DNA of 48,261 nt from NCBI RefSeq assembly GCF_001194135.2, contig NC_068987.1, forward strand, positions 35,849,391 through 35,897,651, in the 5' to 3' direction. Source of the DNA: Octopus bimaculoides (Eukaryota). The notes under the pieces were generated by a model. That model saw nothing but the letters and a program-made list of their open reading frames with translations. It was not told the origin of the DNA and ran no database searches. Position numbers and translations under genes: made by a program. Positions 1 through 8,716 of the stretch are shown one piece after another (positions within the stretch are counted from its first letter, which is position 1; each line of letters begins with the position of its first letter).

Positions 1-392
1 TGAAGAAAAAAATGCTTTGTAATTGATGTATCAATACCAGCAGATGACAACGTCTCTCTAAAAGAAATGGAAAAGCTTTCAAAATACAAAGACCTGGAAA
101 TAGAGGTAACTCGAATGTGGAATCTAAAAACAGAAACAATTCCTATTATAGTAGGTGCCTTACGTATAATAAAAAAAATATTCAGACAAATACATAACAA
201 AAACACCAGGACTTACAAATATATATAACATACAGAAAATTGCACTACTAGGCACAGCTCACATCCTACGCAAAACACTTTCAATACAGTAACCATAAGA
301 GCACCACAGCAAACCACAGCACATACCGAAGGCGCACAGAGCTGCGCTCGGTAGTAAAGTGAAAGTACGTTATAAAAATAAAACTACTGAAC
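1..392 (+). mobile_element. 3' end of an R4/Dong-clade non-LTR retrotransposon (REL endonuclease C-terminus plus 3' UTR), decayed
   Basis: Frame 1 from base 13 reads CFVIDVSIPADDNVSLKEMEKLSKYKDLEIEVTRMWNLKTETIPIIVGALRIIKK. After a frameshift it reads YSDKYITKTPGLTNIYNIQKIALLGTAHILRKTLSIQ, stop at 290-292. These are the D..P..N...KE.EK..KY and QK..LLGTAHILR motifs of R4-clade REL domains. The UTR runs into (AAT)n at about 393-445. Confidence 0.9.
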
Positions 393-444
393 AATAATGA
401 TAATAATAATAATAATAATAATGATATTAATAATAATGATAATA

Positions 445-598
445 TTTACATCAAAAATACCTTAAGAATGAGAACCGAGGTTCGAAATTTCCCCAAGGCA
501 GCTGATGAAACCTGGAGGGTATATCAGCCGAAACGTTGTGTTAACAACAGACAGGATGAAGACAAATGTCCGTCAAATGTAAATAATCTAAATAATGT
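445..598 (+). mobile_element. 3' half of SINE family D (hammerhead-like motif plus TAAATAAT-type tail), tRNA head absent here
   Basis: Aligns by eye, colinearly, with 39906-40073 (ACATC.AAAAATACCTTA.GAATGAGAACC.AGGTTCGAAATTTCCCCAAG ... GGAGGGTATATCAGCCGAAA.GTTGTG ... ATGTAAATAAT). Confidence 0.85.
497..542 (+). ncRNA. Minimal type I hammerhead ribozyme-like motif (degenerate copy)
   Basis: CUGAUGA at 502-508, stem II CUG/CAG around loop GAGGGUAUAU, GAAA at 530-533, palindromic AACGUU giving a minimal stem III and a GUU triplet. Stem I is GGCAG/GUGUU with a mismatch in the first pair. Confidence 0.55.
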
Positions 599-640
599 GT
601 GTGTGTGTGTGTGTGTTTGTGTGTGTGTTTGTGTGTGTGC

Positions 641-678
<38 letters not shown>
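595..678. repeat. (GT)n(AT)n compound microsatellite
   Basis: Direct reading. Confidence 0.98.
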
Positions 679-1350
679 GTAAACAATAACAATACAGCTG
701 AGAGAGGTGTAGCAGAGATGAGATGTTCAGTAGGCATTATTTATTATCTGTGAAAATCCTAAATGGTGAATTTTACTCTAAATTGACTCGACTTCACAAA
801 TAACAGCCCAACCTCAAGGAACCAGCCTGAAAACTCTGCTCGGATATCTAAGGCTGAAATTCTATGCTTATTTTAGAAGCCCAGGAAACTTTAATTTGAC
901 CAGACCTGAGACATGCTGATGTTAAATAGTATAGTAGCTGGGTGCGCATGTGAGTATTATGAATGTATATATGTAAGTATGTATGTATGTGTACAGTGGC
1001 AGACTGGGTCAAAAAGTATTGGTTGCCAGTTGACTGGGTGGTGGCATCCGCAACTACAATGCTATCGTTTAATTTTTATAACCATGAGAGATGTCGTTTT
1101 GGAGAATAAAAAGTAAATATTTTGAAGCGGAATGGTATGTGATTTAATAAAGATTTGGCTATTGTTTCTAGCACACTCCACGATCACCTTCCTCGTTTCT
1201 TTGTTATTGTCACATGTGTAGATGTTTATAAATAACTTCCTTCACATAAGCACGTTATGGAAGGATGTAACACACGTGCTACATTGTTTGAGATCTAAGC
1301 AACAAAAGAATAATCCCAATTTAAATCCTCTCCTCCACTCAACTGAGGCC

Positions 1351-1485
1351 ATGTGTGTGTGTGCGTGTGTGCGTGTGTGTGTGTGTGCGTTTGTGTGTGT
1401 GCGTGTGTGTGTGTGTGCGTGCGTATGCGTGCGTGTACGTGTTTGTGTGTGTGTGTTGTGTACGTGTGTGTGTGTTGTGTGCGTG

Positions 1486-1523
<38 letters not shown>

Positions 1524-1540
1524 CGTGCGTGTGTGTGTAT
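1351..1540. repeat. Imperfect (GT)n/(GC)n microsatellite
   Basis: Direct reading; it generates the spurious CV/HT ORFs. Confidence 0.97.
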
Positions 1541-1599
1541 GTAAGAAAACATATTTACTCGTAGAAAGGTATACTATTAAATTAAATTATGTTGTAGAT

Positions 1600-2650
1600 A
1601 CCTTTTTTAAAGCACTGTGGATAAATTCCAGCACTGATTTTCTCAGGGTCTCAAATATTTTGAAATTATAAACATAGAAGAAATTATTAGTTACACTGAC
1701 ATTTCTAGCAGTTGAACAGCTAGCATGTAGCCATCTGTTTTCTGCAGTAGGAACGATAGTGGATTCAGTGCCAAAATGAAAACAAGTATAGAAAGACTAT
1801 CTCCCTGAAATATTCCCTTTGAAATCCCTATACTATCAGAAATAATTATTCTGTTCTCAGTTGTAAGGGTACAAACTGTTGACCATGTTTTGTGAGTCTC
1901 CTTATAGCAGCAATTAAGGTAGTAGCTACTTTTGCCAGATGTAGGTACTTCAAAATCCATGAATGGATGTCGAGGTGAATGCCTTCTTATAGTCGAGCCA
2001 TGCTATCACAAGGTTTCTACGTTGATTTGTTACTTCAGACAGTACGACTATGTTTCTTAAAAGGTGTTCGATGCATCCCCACACTCCCTTATTTCCACCA
2101 GCCTGTTCATCAGTCATAATGCTGTTCGACTCAGAATGGGCCTGGAGGAATTGGTTGATGCAACTTGTGAACAGTTTGTAAATAATGTTTAGGCTAGCAA
2201 TGGGACTGTAGTTTCCAGCCATTTCATTGATTTCATTTTTGGCAATCATTTGAGAGTTGTCCTTGCTGTAACAAGCCAATTTGGTATATCACTCTGTTCT
2301 TCCGTAGTTCTTTTAAACATACATATCAATTGGTCTCTATAAAATGTCAGCTTCTTTAACCAATATCCAAATGTTAGGCCCCTTGCAGGGGTCTTCCCAT
2401 TCTGCAGTTTGTCTACTGCTTCAACGAAGGTTTCTGCATCGATTTTATGTTTTACTGTTAGTACTGGTACAGTATTCTCTCTCAACTGTATTTAACCATG
2501 TTGCATTGAGGTTGAAGTCCGTCTTCCGTTCCAAATTCTTGACGAGAATGACTGTAGATCTTGGGAGGAAGCTTTCTGCCTGGTAATATATTCGCTGTAT
2601 AACGCTTGTGGGCTGGAAGCAAACTTGCGATTGACACTGGCTCGTTCAAA
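1600..2650 (-). mobile_element. R4/Dong-clade reverse transcriptase fragment, frameshifted
   Basis: Minus-strand ORF pieces read GKTPARGLTFGYWLKKL, IPNWLVTARTTL, NYSPIASLNIIYKLFT, EQAGGNKGVWGCIEHLL, WLDYKKAF, KGIFQGDSLSILVFILALNPLSFLL. A decayed YxDD-like segment (FYVYNFKIF) lies near 1660-1690. These match RT domains 0-5 of R4-type elements. Confidence 0.9.
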
Positions 2651-2729
2651 AATCTAGCGGCTCAGCTAAATTGACTGATAGAATAAATAGACTTAAAATG
2701 TAAACTGATTAATAATAGACTGATAGGCA

Positions 2730-2832
2730 TTAAAAATAAGTCCTGAGGTTGATTTGTTCGACTAAAACCCCTTAAAGCGGTGCTCGAGGATCGCTGCAGT
2801 CAAATGACTTTAAGAAGTAAATAAATAAAAGA
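2730..2832 (+). mobile_element. 3' terminal fragment of SINE family B
   Basis: AATAAGTCCTGAGGTTGATTTGTTCGACTAAA...GCGGTGCTC...GCAGTCAAATGACT...AAGTAAA matches the 3' ends at 37785-37871 and 42485-42580. Confidence 0.8.
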
Positions 2833-3798
2833 ATAATCAAACTTAAAAAGGTTGTTTTCCTTGAACTGTAAAGGGATTCGGGGACGACCTTTGGCCTACA
2901 CTTACGGTGAGTTCTCTTCTGTTTCGTCAGCTGAGGCGACGATCGAATAAGACGCAATCTAGAATACATGTTTATGTATGCATGTCATTATTCAGTTTTA
3001 TTTCAAGATGTCTTGCCAATGGAGACAGATCCAACCTAGATCTTTTTTGGTTCTAACCTATCTTCTAACCTAAATCCAAGACTCCTTCATTGGAATTTTA
3101 ACAACATCAACAGGGCATTTTTCTATGTGCGTATGTATATGAGCAGATTTGTATGTTTTGTTTTATGTCGGTATTCTCATGCATATAGTTGCTTGTCGAG
3201 ACATGTTCATATATACTTAAATGATTAAGTCCTGGGTATTTTTACAGAATCTTACAATTCTAGTGATTGAATGGATCTGGAATCTTCGAATCAGCTATCT
3301 CCTTTCTGATTTTGAGAGGCCTAATCTCACAAGGCAAGTGTCTTACATATACCAGAGTACCCAAAATTACATGTATAAACCGGAACTTGTAATCTGGATA
3401 CTTCAGCATATGTATGCTGAACTTGGCAGCAAAATAAAACTGGATATCTAAATCGCTAGTCTCCTGGTTGTTAATTTATTACTCCTTGGCTACTGACAAT
3501 ATGCAGTCTCTATACAGACACATAGGTTTACCGATGGGAACACCTACTATGAAGAGTAAAATAAACTAAATGGAGTTTTTTTAAACTCAAGGAGGTCAGC
3601 CACCAGATTTATTTACCGGTAAAAGCTAATACGTACCCGCTAGGTTTATATATCACTAACTTACGAATTTGGAAACTTACCTTTTCATATATATATATAT
3701 ATATATANNNNNNNNNNNNNNNNNNNNNNNNNNNNNNNNNNNNNNNNNNNNNNNNNNNNNNNNNNNNNNNNNNNNNNNNNNNNNNNNNNNNNNNATAT

Positions 3799-3839
<41 letters not shown>

Positions 3840-3989
3840 GAGAGAGATAGAGATGTATATATGTATACGGATTCAGGTGTGTATACATACTTATATTATA
3901 CATCGTTTATAGAAAAAAAACATAAATCCGGAGGAGTAGCACACTCCAAGATGTAGAGAAGTTGATATTATAATGGGGGCCGGTTTATG

Positions 3990-4048
3990 GGGTTACCCTG
4001 GGTTTCTCGCTCATAACGGTTTTAGTATTGCGACGTATCTTCAGACCC
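3990..4048 (-). ncRNA. Type I hammerhead ribozyme-like motif in the left arm
   Basis: Minus strand reads GGGU-CUGAAGA-UACG-UCGC...GCGA-GAAA-CCCAGGG-UA|ACCC. Stem I GGGU/ACCC, stem II UCGC/GCGA after a 4-nt insertion, stem III ACC/GGU, triplet GUA. Confidence 0.55.
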
Positions 4049-4188
4049 TTAAAACAGATGGCCTAAGACCTCGTCAAAATATGGAAGGGGAATTCCTCTC
4101 TAAAAAAGTAAACACTAGGTGATTGTCTCTCTTTGCCATCGTTCATCAAGCTTCGTTCGCGCACCACCTAGTGGTCACCAAAGATCCT

Positions 4189-4247
4189 TGGTCTGAAGAT
4201 ACGCCATAAGTCTAAACTCCTTATGATCGAGAAACCCAGGGTTACCA
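4189..4247 (+). ncRNA. Type I hammerhead ribozyme-like motif in the right arm
   Basis: Plus strand reads UGGU-CUGAAGA-UACGC-CAUAAG...CUUAUG-AUCGA-GAAA-CCCAGGG-UU|ACCA. Stem I UGGU/ACCA, 6-bp stem II core with an irregular base, triplet GUU. Confidence 0.55.
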
Positions 4248-5442
4248 TATATACCGGCCCCCATTATAAAATATATATGTATCATATATAATCATAAATA
4301 TACAGGGATTAGCATTGAGTTGCTTCTCCAACATACTGAAAATTTAGAAATAGCAGTCAAAGAACTACTGATTCTAAACTACAAATTTTTCTCTAAACGG
4401 ATGGCGATATTTATGGCACACATAGAACAAAAAACCGGAGGGAAAAGCGCAAACAAAACAAGTCTTTAGTTAATTGGATACGAATCGTTTCATGGTTAAG
4501 CGAATGAAAATTTCACTATTCCAATCTTCAGCCCAAATATTCTGATAAATTTGAAAGTGTCTCTAAAAAAATTCACGGTAATTTTTGGCCATGCGACACC
4601 AAAATCAACGATAAGAAAGGCNNNNNNNNNNNNNNNNNNNNNNNNNNNNNNNNNNNNNNNNNNNNNNNNNNNNNNNNNNNNNNNNNNNNNNNNNNNNNNN
4701 NNNNNNNNNNNNNNNNNNNNNNNNNNNNNNNNNNNNNNNNNNNNNNNNNNNNNNNNNNNNNNNNNNNNNNNNNNNNNNNNNNNNNNNNNNNNNNNNNNNN
4801 NNNNNNNNNNNNNNNNNNNNNNNNNNNNNNNNNNNNNNNNNNNNNNNNNNNNNNNNNNNNNNNNNNNNNNNNNNNNNNNNNNNNNNNNNNNNNNNNNNNN
4901 NNNNNNNNNNNNNNNNNNNNNNNNNNNNNNNNNNNNNNNNNNNNNNNNNNNNNNNNNNNNNNNNNNNNNNNNNNNNNNNNNNNNNNNNNNNNNNNNNNNN
5001 NNNNNNNNNNNNNNNNNNNNNNNNNNNNNNNNNNNNNNNNNNNNNNNNNNNNNNNNNNNNNNNNNNNNNNNNNNNNNNNNNNNNNNNNNNNNNNNNNNNN
5101 NNNNNNNNNNNNNNNNNNNNNNNNNNNNNNNNNNNNNNNNNNNNNNNNNNNNNNNNNNNNNNNNNNNNNNNNNNNNNNNNNNNNNNNNNNNNNNNNNNNN
5201 NNNNNNNNNNATATATGTATAAATGTTCTTGCTTTTAAGCGTATCAGAAAAGACCTGGTTGATGGTCCAAAATTCAGGGTTCTTTTACAGTATTTATAAA
5301 TACTGGAGGACAGCTACAATAAGTGTACCAATTTGAGAGGGAAATATCTTTTAAAGAAAGCATAATTAACTGATCCTCAAGTATTGTCTTTTACTCAAAC
5401 CCAGACACATTTCAGTACCCATTCATATACACATACGTGAAT

Positions 5443-5446
<4 letters not shown>

Positions 5447-5514
<68 letters not shown>

Positions 5515-5545
5515 TGACAGACGGACAGACAGACAGACAGAGAAA
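5447..5545. repeat. (GA)n/(GACA)n microsatellite
   Basis: Direct reading. Confidence 0.97.
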
Positions 5546-6677
5546 GACGGCGAGAGAGAAAGTGTTAGTGAGATGGAGAGAGGCAGTTGGGCATGGATAT
5601 ATGATCAATGATAAGCATATATATGTGTCCTACATGTAGGTGCATGTGAACTATAAAGCCGCCTTGAATTGTACGTCTTCTTCTCATGGTAATACATTCC
5701 AAGTTCTGTTATATTGCTTTTGCTTTGTATATAGACCAGCACACAAGATGTCATAAGAATATATAGGTCCAATCTCACCAACTTGAATAACTGTAACACT
5801 TACAACGTGAAATTAGAATCATAGGGAATTCTGAAGCAGCACTCACTAGAAATCCATTTTTGGATCCGTTATGTTGTGCAAGGTGAAATGAAATGTATCT
5901 TGCAAACCGGACTGACTGACGAAGTAGCGAATCCAAGCCAGAAACTAAAGTGTGATGTTCGTGAATAGATGGCCGTTGCTTATATATATTTATAGATATA
6001 TGTGTGTGTGTGTGTTTCCATATGTGTGTTGGGGGGTACCTGCATGTATATAGATATAAAAACACACATATATACACCAATGTGTATGTGTGCATGTGGT
6101 GGGGAGGTTTAGTGTGTGTGTGTGCGTCCCTGTGCTTTGTATCTGTTGAGTGTGTACGAAAATACATTGACATGTGTCTATATATGTATGCATGTATGTA
6201 TGTATGTTCGTATGTGTACAAGTTCAAAGCTGAAAAGAACACAGATAAGAAGCCAGAAAAAATATCAATTTATAATATGCCATTATGAAGCATATAAGTT
6301 TCCTTTGAAGGTTTTGGGGTTTCTTTCTCTTTTTTTCTCTTCTAACTAATTTTTAGACCTGTTTTTGACTCATATAGAGATCACAACATTTTTCTGACGA
6401 ACAATTTTATAGCTAGTGAAATTTATATGATGTTACTATTGTTCATTTTCATTTTTGCCATATTCATATTCTCTACTTTACTTTGTTTACTAAGCGTCTC
6501 TGTGTCACATCAAAGCATTGATTGATTTCAGAGGGAAAGATTTATGTTTAGTATATCTATATGTAAATTGTGTGATGCTAGCGAGTTCATTTTTATCTAT
6601 ATATGTTACAATTTTTGGGTAGCTGTTATTATTTTTTTTATTTAACACTCTAACACAAAAACATTCATACACAGCTA

Positions 6678-6708
<31 letters not shown>

Positions 6709-6717
6709 GCCTCTCTT

Positions 6718-6754
<37 letters not shown>

Positions 6755-7371
6755 NNNNNNNNNNNNNNNNNNNNNNNNNNNNNNNNNNNNNNNNNNNNNN
6801 NNNNNNNNNNNNNNNNNNNNNNNNNNNNNNNNNNNNNNNNNNNNNNNNNNNNNNNNNNNNNNNNNNNNNNNNNNNNNNNNNNNNNNNNNNNNNNNNNNNN
6901 NNNNNNNNNNNNNNNNNNNNNNNNNNNNNNNNNNNNNNNNNNNNNNNNNNNNNNNNNNNNNNNNNNNNNNNNNNNNNNNNNNNNNNNNNNNNNNNNNNNN
7001 NNNNNNNNNNNNNNNNNNNNNNNNNNNNNNNNNNNNNNNNNNNNNNNNNNNNNNNNNNNNNNNNNNNNNNNNNNNNNNNNNNNNNNNNNNNNNNNNNNNN
7101 NNNNNNNNNNNNNNNNNNNNNNNNNNNNNNNNNNNNNNNNNNNNNNNNNNNNNNNNNNNNNNNNNNNNNNNNNNNNNNNNNNNNNNNNNNNNNNNNNNNN
7201 NNNNNNNNNNNNNNNNNNNNNNNNNNNNNNNNNNNNNNNNNNNATATATATTTATATATATATATATGCATGTATCTATACGATTACGCATATACATTTA
7301 TATATTATATATACGTACATATATTCTTTTCACAAAGGAATATTAATAGGACATTTATAATATTCATCAGG

Positions 7372-7375
7372 AACA

Positions 7376-7406
<31 letters not shown>

Positions 7407-7444
7407 TGATGATCATGATGATGATGATGATGATGATGATGCTC

Positions 7445-7490
<46 letters not shown>
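7372..7490. repeat. Compound trinucleotide microsatellite (AAC)(GAC)n(GAT)n(AAT)n
   Basis: Direct reading. Confidence 0.97.
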
Positions 7491-7492
<2 letters not shown>

Positions 7493-7790
7493 GAAGTCTT
7501 GTCTAATCAGCCGAATATTTTTGTGAAAGACCATCATAACGGGATGAGCTTCCTAATCGAAATATCTGTCTTAATTGACGATAATGCCTCTCTGGAGAAA
7601 TTATCAAAAAATAATATCTGAAAAGAGATATAACGAGATTGTAGGGACTTCAAATATGAAAGGATTCTTCTAATAATGAGCGACTTGGGAATGATTAAGA
7701 TCTTGCAGTTATATTCATAACTGAAATCCTCGCAAAACTTCCACATCTATGCATCGATAGTAGATACAAGATATCACATCTTGTAGTGAT
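7491..7790 (+). mobile_element. Older, more diverged R4/Dong REL-domain fragment
   Basis: Reads SNQPNIFVKDHHNGMSFLIEISVLIDDNASLEKLSK and later SDLGMIK. This aligns with SNSPDIIVRDH-ENICFLIDVSIPIDD...EKLSKY and GALGIIK of the copy at 8017-8605. Confidence 0.7.
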
Positions 7791-7864
7791 GTGACAAGAT
7801 GTAAAACCAAAGCAAGTACTGTATTCTCCTATTCCCTCTCCTCCTTCTCCTCTTCGTCCTCCTC

Positions 7865-7865
7865 T

Positions 7866-7899
<34 letters not shown>

Positions 7900-7912
7900 G
7901 CTGCTGCTGCTT

Positions 7913-7966
<54 letters not shown>

Positions 7967-7981
7967 GAACTACTACTATTA

Positions 7982-8016
<35 letters not shown>
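7865..8016. repeat. Compound microsatellite (CTA)n(CTG)n(CTA)n(AAT)n
   Basis: Direct reading; same architecture as 28066-28258. Confidence 0.97.
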
Positions 8017-8018
<2 letters not shown>

Positions 8019-8605
8019 GGAATTCTATTCTCAGGCATGACAGAGTTGGTATCTACATACACTCGAATAACAACAGAAAAAAGGTGGTATAGGCACACGA
8101 CAGAAAAAGTTACAGAAAATGAGAAAGCAACAATTTTATGGGATGTGCCAATACACACAGATAGAAAAATTAAGTCCAATAGCCCAGATATAATTGTCAG
8201 AGATCATTAAGAAAATATATGCTTTCTAATTGATGTATCAATACCAATAGATGACAAAGAAATGGAGAAACTCTAAAAGAAATGGAGAAACTTTCAAAAT
8301 ACAAAGACCTGGAAACAGAGGTGACTCGAATGTGGAGTTTATAAACAGAAACAATTCCTGTCATAGTGTGCGCATTAGGTATTATAAAACAATATTCAGA
8401 CAAATACATAACAAAAACACCAGAACTTACAAATATATTATATCATACAGAAAATGACACTACTAGGCACTGCACACATCCTACCTGAAACACTTTCCAT
8501 GCAGTAACTATAAGAGCATCACAACAAACTACAGCACATACCCAAGGCACACAGAGCTGCGCTCGGTAGTGCATTGGAAGCTCGTTATAAGATTAAGACT
8601 ACTGA
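8017..8605 (+). mobile_element. 5'-truncated R4/Dong element (end of CCHC knuckle, REL domain, 3' UTR), decayed
   Basis: Reads RHDRVGIYIH, KRWYRHTTEKVTENEKATILWDVPIHTDRKIKSNSPDIIVRDH*ENICFLIDVSIP, EKLSKYKDLETEVTRMW. High nucleotide similarity to 1-392, including the UTR CACAGAGCTGCGCTCGGTAGT. Confidence 0.92.
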
Positions 8606-8609
8606 CGAA

Positions 8610-8716
8610 GGAGGAGGAAGAGGAGGAGAAGAAGAAGAAGAAGAAGAAGAAGAAGAAGAAGAAGAAGAAGAAGAAGAAGAAGAAGAAGAAGAAGAAGAAG
8701 AAGAAGAAGAAGAAGA
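8610..8716. repeat. (GGA)n/(GAA)n microsatellite
   Basis: Direct reading. Confidence 0.98.

Larger units (their letters stand above)
3968..4269. mobile_element. About 300-bp non-autonomous element with about 80-bp imperfect terminal inverted repeats (MITE-like)
   Basis: Left arm TTATAATGGGGGCCGGTTTATGGGGTTACCCTGGGTTTCTCGCTCATAAC...CGTATCTTCAGACC. Reverse complement of right arm TTATAATGGGGGCCGGTATATATGGTAACCCTGGGTTTCTCGATCATAAG...CGTATCTTCAGACC. No coding capacity; TATA on both outer sides, so the TSD is ambiguous. Confidence 0.85.

Noticed and set aside
2985-3230. Probable interspersed repeat
   Set aside because: It looks familiar but has no second copy, TIR or coding motif in this window to support a call.
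4500-4535. Minus-strand CUGAAGA...GAAA
   Set aside because: The intervening 10 nt cannot form stem II.
5605-5805. Possible minus-strand exon after TTACAG
   Set aside because: Translations are unrecognisable and no supporting gene structure is visible.
6390-6435. CUGACGA...GAAA spacing resembling a hammerhead
   Set aside because: No credible stem I or II; expected by chance in AT-rich DNA.
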